From an uncultured Ruficoccus sp. (GTDB lineage: Bacteria > Verrucomicrobiota > Verrucomicrobiia > Opitutales > Cerasicoccaceae), in assembly GCA_965140785.1 (NCBI GenBank), contig OZ223497.1, positions 160,001 to 224,000 on the forward strand: 64,000 nt of DNA, in the 5' to 3' direction. The notes below the pieces were generated by a model. The model worked only from the letters and a program-made list of their open reading frames with translations. It made no database searches and was not told the DNA's origin. The first letter of the stretch is position 1, and the number at the start of each line of letters is the position of its first letter. The position numbers and the translations under genes are program-made. This document shows, one piece after another, positions 19,733 through 28,623 of this stretch.

Positions 19733-19855
19733 TTATCCACGTTGGATGAGCGATAGCCGTTGCCGGTATCGACAGTGCGCGTGCTCCGAACACGACAAAG
19801 CAGTAGCCGTGTAACGGCTGTTGAGAGTTCAGGAACTAACGCGCGGTTAGTTGAT
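19733..19855 (-). ncRNA. Candidate structured leader RNA (five consecutive hairpins)
   Basis: Minus-strand stems: AACTAAC/GTTAGTT, AGCCGT/ACGGCT, CGTGTT/AGCACG (G-U), CGATACCG-GCAA-CGGCTATCG (GNRA loop), TCCA/TGGA. Confidence 0.4.
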
Positions 19856-20068
19856 GTTGACGCTTCATGCGGGCGAAAATCCCAGCGGGGAATTTCGCTT
19901 AGAACGTCAAGCTAGTGGATAAATGTAACGACATCTGAAACCTCCTTGTTGAATCAAGGACGGCAGAAGGTTGGAACACCTGTGGCGCTTCGTCAATCTA
20001 TTTGTATTACAAAGTTCTGGTGGCTGAATTTGAGGCACTTCTCTCGTGTCATCTCATCAAACCAGCCC

Positions 20069-22171
20069 TCAGGGCTCCTGATCGGCAAGGGCTATAGGCG
20101 CATAGGTGTGATCGGTGAACGCGTATTTGTCGGGTGGGAACCAGTTCGCCTCAGCAGCGGCCTGGCCCAGCGGAGTATGTGGGCAGCGGATGACGAGAGC
20201 CTGATAAAACGGTTGGGCTGCCTGTGGGTCGCGGTACTTTAACCAGGAGCCAGCGGTGTAAAGCACGTCGGCCGTGTCTTCAGAGTCGTTGGGGAGGAGG
20301 GCGGCGGCCCAGCCGCCCAGTGTGGCCGCTCGGTAGCGGTAGTGAAAGCGTTTCTCGGGAACCGTGTGCTCTTCGATCCTTTGTAATTCGTTTCGTGTCG
20401 GGGCTAGTGGGCCGCGCTCGTAGCGGGCGAGTTCCTGACGTGTCTCGGCGGGGTTTCCGCGAAAGGCAAAGTTGCCCCACCAGATTACGTTGTCGGGAAA
20501 CAGCTCGGTGCCGAACAGTTCCATGCCGTGCTCGTAGGCGAGCGTGGCTGCGATCCAGAACGACGCGGCCCGGTTCTCGGCTGGGTGGTTGCTGTCGTAG
20601 GCCGAACGGACGAGCGCAAGGTAGCGGTCCGCCTCAGGGCGGATGGCTTCGTCGAAATAGGCTATCGCCTCGTCAAAGCGGTTATCTCGCATGAGCCGTC
20701 TGGCGAGCAGATTGCGAAGGTTTTTGCGATTTTCCTGGAGGATACTAGTATAGTAGTTCGCCCAGGAACGTGAGAGCGTATCGGGCAGCGATTCGTGGTT
20801 AGTGCTCATGGACTCATCGACTACGGCTTCCAGGCGATCATTGACATAGGCGACAAGTTCATCTGTGGAGAGGACGCGTTCGGCGATGTAGGCAGCATCT
20901 TCCCAATGTCCACCCAGCAGCCATGCGGTGAGGGCTCTCTGCGGCTCGTCCAGCGCCAGCTCGACGCGGCCCAGTTCGGCATATATGAGTCTGCGGTAAG
21001 GGTTCAGTTCCGGTTCTTTCAGCGCCTTTTGCAGTGAATGTGCCGCCAGCGCGAGGTTACCTTCGCACTGGGCGATTTTGGCAGCTATCCACGAGGCGAC
21101 CTCGGCATCGGGTGGAGCGAGTGCCAGCCACTCTTTGGCTAGCTGAGTGTCGCCGCTTTTATAGGCGAGCCAGGCGAAATTCCCATATTCGTCGATCGAT
21201 GTAATATCTTCTGCGTTAAGCGTCTTCACCCAGCGTTGGCAGGCATGAAGGACTTGCTGGTTGTATTCTTCGTCCCAGTAGTAACGGTCTGTCCCGAGCG
21301 AGAGCAAATAGGCGGTCCAGAGGCGCCGGGCGGTGGCATCGCGCGCAAAATCATCGAATAGGTCGTCTGCTAGATAGTCGTAGCGGGACTGCGTGAAGAC
21401 CTTTTGCATGACCATGCGCAGGGAGTTGAGAGCAGAGGGGGCTCCTGCCTGGTAGTGGCGCAGGTAGAGGTCGGCGGCTTCGGCGTATTGGCTGTCATTC
21501 AGGTACGCCTTTGCCTCCCAGCCCCAACTCGCGTCGCGCATGTCCTGAGAGTCGCTGAAACCCTCGGCGGCGAGTTCGCGAACCTGACGGAAACGTTGAG
21601 TCGCTTCTTCCGGAGTCGTGGCAAGACGCCCCAGCATGTACGCCGCCCAAATGGAGCGGTGCTGGCGTTCGGTGGCGGGTAGGGTGAGAAGTTCTTCCCA
21701 CGCGCGTGCGGCGTCTTCACGATCACCTTGTTTGTAGGAGCGAGCGCCCTCCAGATACAGTGCGAACTCTTCGGGGACGCTGGCCGGCATTTGGTCTTTC
21801 AATTCCTCCGCGCTTAACTCGGTGAGCTGTTCGCGAAGCTTTGCGTAAGTAGCGACAGTTTGGTCAAGCGGTTCACCGGAAAGCCCTTGCTGAGTCAGGA
21901 CGGTTGCCAGTTCCTGAACATCGTCGAGGGCGCTCATGGCTTGGGTACCGCCCGAGTCTTTGGGGCTGTCGGTATCGACTCCAGCGATGAGCGCGACCTC
22001 CTTACCGAAGAAGGCTTCAGGGGCTGCCATGATCTGCTCGGCAGGCGCATCGAAGTAGCGGTTCGGGAAATCCGGCCCGCAGGCGTGGAGGTTCGGTAGT
22101 GTTGAGCCGCCGAGTAAGAGAGCAGTCGCGGTGAGGAGGGAACGGAGGCGCAGTTTTTTTCTAAAAATCAT
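20069..22171 (-). CDS. Exported TPR-like helical repeat protein (DUF3142 partner)
   Basis: ORF 20069..22255; likely ATG 22171 (MIFRKKLRL..LHACGPDFPNRY); Ala/Leu helical repeats; overlaps the upstream gene stop. Confidence 0.75.
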   Translation of the reverse strand: MIFRKKLRLRSLLTATALLLGGSTLPNLHACGPDFPNRYFDAPAEQIMAAPEAFFGKEVALIAGVDTDSPKDSGGTQAMSALDDVQELATVLTQQGLSGEPLDQTVATYAKLREQLTELSAEELKDQMPASVPEEFALYLEGARSYKQGDREDAARAWEELLTLPATERQHRSIWAAYMLGRLATTPEEATQRFRQVRELAAEGFSDSQDMRDASWGWEAKAYLNDSQYAEAADLYLRHYQAGAPSALNSLRMVMQKVFTQSRYDYLADDLFDDFARDATARRLWTAYLLSLGTDRYYWDEEYNQQVLHACQRWVKTLNAEDITSIDEYGNFAWLAYKSGDTQLAKEWLALAPPDAEVASWIAAKIAQCEGNLALAAHSLQKALKEPELNPYRRLIYAELGRVELALDEPQRALTAWLLGGHWEDAAYIAERVLSTDELVAYVNDRLEAVVDESMSTNHESLPDTLSRSWANYYTSILQENRKNLRNLLARRLMRDNRFDEAIAYFDEAIRPEADRYLALVRSAYDSNHPAENRAASFWIAATLAYEHGMELFGTELFPDNVIWWGNFAFRGNPAETRQELARYERGPLAPTRNELQRIEEHTVPEKRFHYRYRAATLGGWAAALLPNDSEDTADVLYTAGSWLKYRDPQAAQPFYQALVIRCPHTPLGQAAAEANWFPPDKYAFTDHTYAPIALADQEP

Positions 22172-23471
22172 CGGTTGCGTGAACTTGAAGGGAAACGGGT
22201 TGACGAAAGCGGAGCCAGCCGAGCGCGAGGCGTTGGTCGGGGGCGAGCGTGGCACTGGCAGGTAGGGCCTTGGTGGAAATGTGTACGGTGTGCATGTTGC
22301 GGTTGATGGTCATGGTAAAGATGCCGTTGCCATCCCAGGCGATGGGGAGGGCCGTCGGGGTGGCATCCCATGAGAGGCTGATTTCGGGTGGAAAGGACAG
22401 GGCGGTGTCCCCCGTGTTTTCGAGGTAAATCGTGGCGAGACCGTCGCTGCTTTCATTCCATTCGGGGGTTATGCTTAATCTGCGGGTGGGTATTTTCCCT
22501 TCGAGCATGGTCTGGAGTGTGCGCGGGCTCCAGTTGAGGCGATCTCCGGCCACAGGTAGCCGGAACCAGATCACGCCGAGGCAGTGCGCGGGTGGGGCAG
22601 AAGTGAGTTGCTGGGCGAGGCGGGCCATCTCTGTAGGATCGCTGCGAACAACCCGGACGCGAGTGCCCTCTGTCCATTGCGGGCGTGAGCCCTCGGCCAC
22701 GAGTGCCTTGAAGTGTCCCTCGGCGTCGAAAACAACCTCGTAGCCATAGGTCGGCAACGCGACGCGAAAAGGCACACCGACTGTCGAGGCCTGAGCGATC
22801 CAGGAGAGACTTTTAGCCGGGTCGCAGAGCGTGATCGGAGCGTCAAAAGAGGTGGGCTTCTCCAGCGAGTGAACTTGGAGGACAAAGCTGTCGGCCGCCG
22901 TTGCCAGTTGGCGGAACTCAGAAGTATGCCGCAGCCAAACGGGGAGGGCGGTGAAGCTCAGGCGCACGTCGGGAAACGCCCTTCTCAACTCTTGTCGCAG
23001 GGCCAGCAGCCACTTGCGGTAGCCGCTGAGCTTCGACTCTGCGCAGTCGAAGTCCAACTGGAACTCAGTTACTCTGATCCCTTGTGCTTGCGCCGTGATC
23101 AGGAGTCGCTCCGCCTGTGCGAGGATAGCCTTTGCTGCCGTGTCGTCCTCGCTGAACGGCCCGCCGTAGGGGCCGATGCGCATGACCAGCGCGAGCGGGA
23201 CCGAAAGCGCTTTGAGTGTTTGCGCGTCGTAGCTGGTTTGGAAAACTTGCGGCTGCCCCTTGTCGTCCCAGCTTATCTCTGCGGCGAGGATTTGCAGTCC
23301 GTCGAGTTCGGGAGAAATTTTCCTTACACTCTCGACCACCTGCGGCGTCCACTGCCTCTGCCACAGGTAGGCCTCTTGTGCCCAATCCGACCCAAATAGG
23401 CGACAGGAAAGGCCGATCAGGGCAAGCCAGCTCAGGATGCATCCCCAGTTTTTTGCCGACTCTCTTAGCAT
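22161..23471 (-). CDS. DUF3142-like protein (GH18-like barrel)
   Basis: YLWQRQW, FQLDFDC, TALPVW, FVLQVH, VALPTYGY and IWFRLP motifs; signal peptide. Confidence 0.75.
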   Translation of the reverse strand: MLRESAKNWGCILSWLALIGLSCRLFGSDWAQEAYLWQRQWTPQVVESVRKISPELDGLQILAAEISWDDKGQPQVFQTSYDAQTLKALSVPLALVMRIGPYGGPFSEDDTAAKAILAQAERLLITAQAQGIRVTEFQLDFDCAESKLSGYRKWLLALRQELRRAFPDVRLSFTALPVWLRHTSEFRQLATAADSFVLQVHSLEKPTSFDAPITLCDPAKSLSWIAQASTVGVPFRVALPTYGYEVVFDAEGHFKALVAEGSRPQWTEGTRVRVVRSDPTEMARLAQQLTSAPPAHCLGVIWFRLPVAGDRLNWSPRTLQTMLEGKIPTRRLSITPEWNESSDGLATIYLENTGDTALSFPPEISLSWDATPTALPIAWDGNGIFTMTINRNMHTVHISTKALPASATLAPDQRLALGWLRFRQPVSLQVHATDDF

Positions 23472-23789
23472 AAGGTCGGAATGGAGGGCTGGTCGTTACG
23501 CTCGGGGAACATGCCATTATATCAGTGGCAGTCGAGAAGGCGTTTCAAGGCGAAAGCATCCATTGTGAGTAAGTATTTCCCAGCCCACGGCGAAGACCAT
23601 GAAACTGGGTATGTGGAAAGCTATGCGGGCAAGATGTGGTTAACCTCTTCGTCGATCAGACTTTGCTTATGTGGTTGAAGGGGATGTTTCGTTTGCAGGT
23701 AATTTATCTTTTCTCGGAACGAGGCAACGCCTTCGGAATCTTCCTTGGCGAGAGAGGAAAGGGTACGGATCAGTAGGAGACGGCAACGA

Positions 23790-24015
23790 ACATTTGCAGG
23801 GTTACCTTTTCAAGGCACGTCTAGTCCCTATTTACCTGCTGGGAGGAATGCTACTGCTCGCCATGGCGACGCGTGTCAGCGCCGACTGGCTGCCGCTCAG
23901 CCGCATGAATCACTTAGGCTACGCAGCTATTGTCTGGATAGTTGGGCTCGGCATCTGGCTGTGCCGCTTTGGGCCCTATCTGCGCGATGACGTGGAACGT
24001 CAACAAACGATGTAA
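23790..24015 (+). pseudogene. C-terminal remnant of a membrane protein (NnrS-like)
   Basis: Two hydrophobic helices (ATRVSADWLP..HLGYAAIVWIVGLGIW) with no credible 5' part. Confidence 0.35.
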
Positions 24016-24087
24016 GCTGACGAATATGAACTCTCGGTAATGAGAGTTATATAAAAACTGTCGAGGCAGTGGGGGTGGTCTTCCGAT

Positions 24088-25146
24088 CTACAGGTTCAGC
24101 ATGAGCTGCTGGTACTTATCATCGTCGTAGAATTTTACACCGAGCCCGAGCAGCCGGACGCCCTTCTCACTGCGGGTGTAGGCCTCTTCCAGTAGACGCA
24201 GATAGACATCTATGTCCGGGCGCGGGTAGATGCACTCGCGGGTCGTCTGCTGGAAGTCGCTGAACTTTACCTTCACAACCAGTTTGTGAATGCTGCGGCC
24301 CTCGACTTTAAGTAGGTCCTTTTGCAGTTCATCGTAGAGCTTGTGAATCATCGATAAGCACGCTTCAAGTGAGAGTAGATCCTCCTGGAACGTGCGTTCG
24401 TTGCTGAGTGATTTCCGGATCGTGCTCGGGTCCACCGGGCGCTCATCAATGCCCCGGCAGCGCTGGTAAAGCTCATAGCTGGATGAGCCAAAATGGCGGA
24501 CCATTTTGTCCATCGCCAACGTCTGCAGCTCGCCACAGGTCTGAATACCCAGGCGGGCAATCTGCTCGGTGAGCACGGGGCCCACGCCGGGGATTTTACG
24601 CACCGGCAGGGGTTCGATGAAGGCCCCGACTTGATCGGGCGTGATCGTGTATTGGCCGTTGGGCTTTTTCCAGTCACTGGCGATCTTGGCGAGCATCTTG
24701 TTGGCGGCGATTCCTGCCGAGGCGGTCAGCCCTGTTTTGTCATAAATTCGCTGACGGATTTCCTTGGCAGTCGCGCTGGCGTAGCGCGTCGATGCGCTAA
24801 CATCGAGGTAGGCTTCGTCGAGAGACAAGGGCTCAATCAGATCCGTGTAGTCGTCGAAAATCTGGCGGATATGTAGGGACTCTTTCTTGTAGGCTTCGAA
24901 CCGAGGACGGATAATGACAAGCCCCGGGCATTGGACCTTGGCTCGCATCATCGGCATCGCACTGCGAACTCCGTATTTACGGGCCTCGTAACTGGCTGTG
25001 CAGACCACCGAGCGGGGATTATCTCCTCCCACCGCAATGGGTTTATCTCGCAACTCAGGATGGTCCCGGATCTCAATCGCCGCGTAGAAGCAATCCATAT
25101 CCACATGGATAATCTTACGGGGCGAAGATGTCGGTGTTAGCGGCAT
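24088..25146 (-). CDS. dinB: DNA polymerase IV
   Basis: IIHVDMDCFYA, TASYEARKYGVRSAM, SLDEAYLD, KIASDWKKPNG, IPGVG; likely ATG 25146. Confidence 0.96.
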   Translation of the reverse strand: MPLTPTSSPRKIIHVDMDCFYAAIEIRDHPELRDKPIAVGGDNPRSVVCTASYEARKYGVRSAMPMMRAKVQCPGLVIIRPRFEAYKKESLHIRQIFDDYTDLIEPLSLDEAYLDVSASTRYASATAKEIRQRIYDKTGLTASAGIAANKMLAKIASDWKKPNGQYTITPDQVGAFIEPLPVRKIPGVGPVLTEQIARLGIQTCGELQTLAMDKMVRHFGSSSYELYQRCRGIDERPVDPSTIRKSLSNERTFQEDLLSLEACLSMIHKLYDELQKDLLKVEGRSIHKLVVKVKFSDFQQTTRECIYPRPDIDVYLRLLEEAYTRSEKGVRLLGLGVKFYDDDKYQQLMLNL

Positions 25147-25420
25147 GAGAATATGGCAGAGAAGGAGACTACGGTTCACACTCAGCAACCCGAAAGCCCC
25201 GGCTTGTTAACATGCTCGGATCTGGCTGTGATGCAACTCCGTGGTTAGAGGAGGGGAAATGATTGTATGGACCAATAATGAGGCAGTGCGTTCTCGTCTG
25301 CAGCCAACGCGACTGCATGCAACTCAATGACCTTAACTGAGTCTTAACTGGTGAATTGGTTAAGTCGCTGTATGCTGGGAATCAGTGACTTACGAGTGGG
25401 TGACCGCGTCCCGCCACCTC

Positions 25421-25449
25421 CGCGGTACAGTTTGCGTAGGTAGGTCAAT
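25421..25449 (+). repeat. 29-bp direct repeat, copy 1 (copy 2 at 27353-27381)
   Basis: CGCGGTACAGTTTGCGTAgGtAGGTCAAT vs CGCGGTACAGTTTGCGTAtGcAGGTCAAT, 27/29 identical. Confidence 0.8.
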
Positions 25450-25623
25450 TGTTGGACGTGGGACTTCTATTCTGTTTGTATTTACCAGAATATGCTCAAC
25501 GAGCCACTGACGGTGTGCAATTCCAGCAGCGTGCCTTTTGTCAGCGGGGTGAGTGATGTATTGCCATCTGTAAGCGTGAAGTACGTGGCATGTTCATATC
25601 CGGGTTCGGGATAAAAGCGTAAC

Positions 25624-26304
25624 GTGGCCTCCTCCAGGCCCGTAACCATGATCTTTCGCTTGATTTTCGTAGACTTCAGTGGCTGCTCGACGCATCGGAT
25701 TGCCGCCGACAGCGAGGCTGCCCGGCAGAACTCCGGCTTGCTCGGGCCTGCTGTGGCTATGCAGGGTGAGTGTGATTGGAACCGCTACCACTACCTTGCG
25801 GATACCGATGCGGGGGAATCTCTGATGGGCGAGCGTTTTCGGCGTGCCTGGGATTGGGGCTTTCGCAAGGTCAAACTGGATATCATTTACGGTCCGCGTC
25901 GGGAGATGTTGGCGCTGATGCGACGCGTCAGGCGGGCCTTGGCGAGCCTGCCTGGTCACATGGAATTGGAGTGTCACGTTCCTGATCCATTTTTCGCCCA
26001 GTACTGCGAAGTGGTGCGACTCAATGATGTGATGATTGGTCCGGATTTCACCGGCTGGCGTTCGGTGGCGCAAGGGCATTTCGATGTATGTCGTCAGAGT
26101 GCGCCGGCTCACCTGCTCAATCTCGACCATTTGGACGGTAACCTGTGGGATGTTGGCGAGGCCGACTTTTTGGAGCATGTGGCCCTTCAGGCCATGCAGT
26201 TGCCGTGGGGCTGTCCCGTGGTGAGCTTGCTTCCCAGGCATGTCGGGCCGCAGGCCGAGGAGGCGGTGAGAGAATTATTGGATGCGGGGAATGCCGGGGC
26301 GTAG
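25624..26304 (+). pseudogene. 5'-truncated glycoside hydrolase fragment (clan GH-D, GH27/36-like)
   Basis: WGFRKVKLD resembles the clan-D nucleophile motif; N-terminal portion absent. Confidence 0.45.
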
Positions 26305-26429
26305 GTCAGTGGGGAGTTGTGTTTGCCTTGTATCTTTGATGATCGTTTTCGGATGATATGCTATGTTATGCTCGGACAGCTAAACTGCTGATAGATACAG
26401 GGATTCTTAGTGATTTATGGGAATTTTGT

Positions 26430-26452
26430 TGTGTTTCATTATTTAAAACACA
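26430..26452. promoter_or_regulatory. Putative IclR operator (TGTGTTT-N9-AAACACA)
   Basis: Inverted repeat just upstream of the IclR ATG; same GTTT-N9-AAAC geometry at 30433-30453. Confidence 0.5.
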
Positions 26453-26464
26453 TGGCTTTTATTC

Positions 26465-27244
26465 ATGCCTAGAGTTCTTACCTTGGAGAAGAGTATTTCT
26501 GTTCTGGAAACGGTGTTTTATTCGCCGAATGGTATGGGCACCCGTGCCTTGGCGCAGCAACTTGGGCTCAATGTAGCAACGGTTCACAATATTGCGTGGA
26601 CCTTTTGTGAACGCGGCTATCTGCGCCAAGATGCTCACTCGAAGCGTTTTTTTCCGGGGGTTCGGCTCATGTTGCTTGGACGACACCCTTCCTACCTCCA
26701 TTCGCTGACCGCGTCTGCCAAAGCGATTGTCGAGGATGTTGCTAAAACGCTCAACGAGAGTATTCTCCTTTCCTTCATTGATCATGGCCGGATTGTGAAT
26801 CTGATGTATATCCCCAGTCGGCAGGCACTCCGGGTTCATGAGCCCGAGGATGTCAGCGATCATGCTTACTGTACCGCCTTTGGGAAGGTGCTCCTTTCAT
26901 CGCTTTCCGAGCAAGACTTGGAGCGTTATTTGCAGGAGTATAAGCTTGAGAGGCTCACCCCCTCCACTCTTGACACGCCCGAAAGGCTGCGGGAGGAACT
27001 GCAAAAGGTGCGCGAAGTTGGCTATGCCAGCACACAAGACGAATACTGCGAGGGTATTAGTGCTGTTGCCATTCCCATCAAAGACCCCTGGGGCGGGATT
27101 TTTGCCAGCATTGGAGCCAGTGCTCCTACGGTCCGATTGAAACAGGCCAAGCAGTTTGAGAACACTATGCAGGTTTTGCGCAAGGCGGCTACGGCCATAG
27201 AATCTGCGTGGGGGGAGGATATGCGGGCAAGTGCTCCGAAATGA
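26465..27244 (+). CDS. IclR-family transcriptional regulator
   Basis: N-terminal HTH (LAQQLGLNVATVHNI), YCTAFGKVLLS, GISAVAIPI. Confidence 0.92.
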   Translation: MPRVLTLEKSISVLETVFYSPNGMGTRALAQQLGLNVATVHNIAWTFCERGYLRQDAHSKRFFPGVRLMLLGRHPSYLHSLTASAKAIVEDVAKTLNESILLSFIDHGRIVNLMYIPSRQALRVHEPEDVSDHAYCTAFGKVLLSSLSEQDLERYLQEYKLERLTPSTLDTPERLREELQKVREVGYASTQDEYCEGISAVAIPIKDPWGGIFASIGASAPTVRLKQAKQFENTMQVLRKAATAIESAWGEDMRASAPK

Positions 27245-27352
27245 CCCCCTCAAGGCTGCACTCGGGCGATGGCCCCTCCAGCCCAAGCCTTGGTTCACTA
27301 TTTTTACCTCACACTTTAATCACATCATTAACCCGTTCAGACTAACTCTCGA

Positions 27353-27381
27353 CGCGGTACAGTTTGCGTATGCAGGTCAAT
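27353..27381 (+). repeat. 29-bp direct repeat, copy 2; contains the probable ATG of the rhamnosidase pseudogene
   Basis: Matches 25421-25449; ATG at 27370 is in frame with the GH78 fragment. Confidence 0.8.
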
Positions 27382-28200
27382 GCCTTTCCAACCAGTGACA
27401 GTGAGTTACTCCAATTGGCCGAGTGGATCGCTATGCCAGAAGCCTTTCGTGCGAAACACGCACCCCTGTTTCGATGAGAGTTCATACTGAGTGCCGAGGT
27501 AAGCTCAGCCTCTTTCATTATTTGCGGCCTCGGCTTCTATGAGGCTTTTATTAACGGGCAACGCATCGGAGACCATGTGTTGGACCCGGCGCAAACCGAT
27601 TACGACATTCGCGTCTTCTATGTGAGACACGATGTTACGCGCTTGCTCCAGCGGGGCACGAATACCCTGGGTGTCATGCTCGGTGACGGCTGGTTCAATC
27701 AGGATGTGTGCTGGGAAAGCACCATGAGCTATGGCCACCCGCGCTTTATCGCTGTTCTGTCGGTTGAATTGGCCGATGGGAGCTCCGTCGTCGTGGGCTC
27801 GGACCATTCCTGGATCTGTGCACGAGGCCCCATTGTCAGCTCCAATGTATATGCCGGAGAACACTACGATGCCCGTCTGGAACCTGTCGGCTGGGATAGA
27901 AACGATTTCGACCTCGATAAGGCCAAGCACGCCTTTCGGTGGATGCAAGCTCAGGTTGTGCCTGCCCCGGAGGGCAGGCTTGAGCCACAAATCATTCCTC
28001 CGGTCAAGCGAGTCGGAACCATTCGTCCCCGGGCTATCACGCGACCACATCCCGGGTGTCAGGTGGTTGACATGGGGCAGAATTTCTCCGGTTGGGCTCG
28101 CATCAATGTCACCGCTCCTGCGGGTACGACTGCCCTCGCTTTGTTGCCGGGAACTGAAACGTACACCGAACTCAATGCCGGTGATTATCACTTCAACTGA
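27370..28200 (+). pseudogene. Alpha-L-rhamnosidase (GH78) pseudogene
   Basis: APLFR*EF (TGA 27475), GLGFYEAFING, LDPAQTDY, GEHYDAR, VDMGQNFSGW, then a jump to a C-terminal-like LP..ELNAGDYHF; catalytic domain missing. Confidence 0.8.
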
Positions 28201-28343
28201 ATTTCCAGGCTGATTCCGGGGGGCTGGATGCTTGGTTTGACTGCTCCAGCAGTCGCACCTGCTTATGGAAACTTAGGCGGCTCTTGCGGGTGTACATTTG
28301 CAGTAGCTTTTAGCGGATTTCGGGCCGCTTAGCTACGACAGCC

Positions 28344-28621
28344 CTAGAGCACTTTCGCTTTACTCAGTCGCACTCAGTGGGGAAATGTCTTGAAGGCTCG
28401 GCAGGCGGCTGGGGAGCGTAGCGGGCTGGAAGCCCGTAAGTCCCCCAGCCAACGCCGCGAGCCGCAAGACAGACCCCCATCCGAATGGACTGGCTGATTT
28501 TAAGCCTGGCGGCGTTCCTTTCAAGGGGCCAGGGCTTCCAGCCCAAGTCCCTTGAAAGAGCCTTGCCAGAACTTAAAATCAGCTCAGCCGAGTGCGGCAG
28601 ATTAAAGCGAAAGTGCTCTAG
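28344..28621. mobile_element. MITE, 278 bp, with about 34-bp terminal inverted repeats
   Basis: CTAGAGCACTTTCGCTTTA ... TAAAGCGAAAGTGCTCTAG (19 bp perfect, extends with few mismatches); internal GGGCTGGAAGCCC / GGGCTTCCAGCCC; no ORF. Confidence 0.8.
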
Positions 28622-28623
28622 TT

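Noticed and set aside
24088..25146. dinB as part of a mutagenesis cassette or diversity-generating system
   Set aside because: Stand-alone ordinary Pol IV; no imuA/imuB/dnaE2, reverse transcriptase or template/variable repeat pair in the window.
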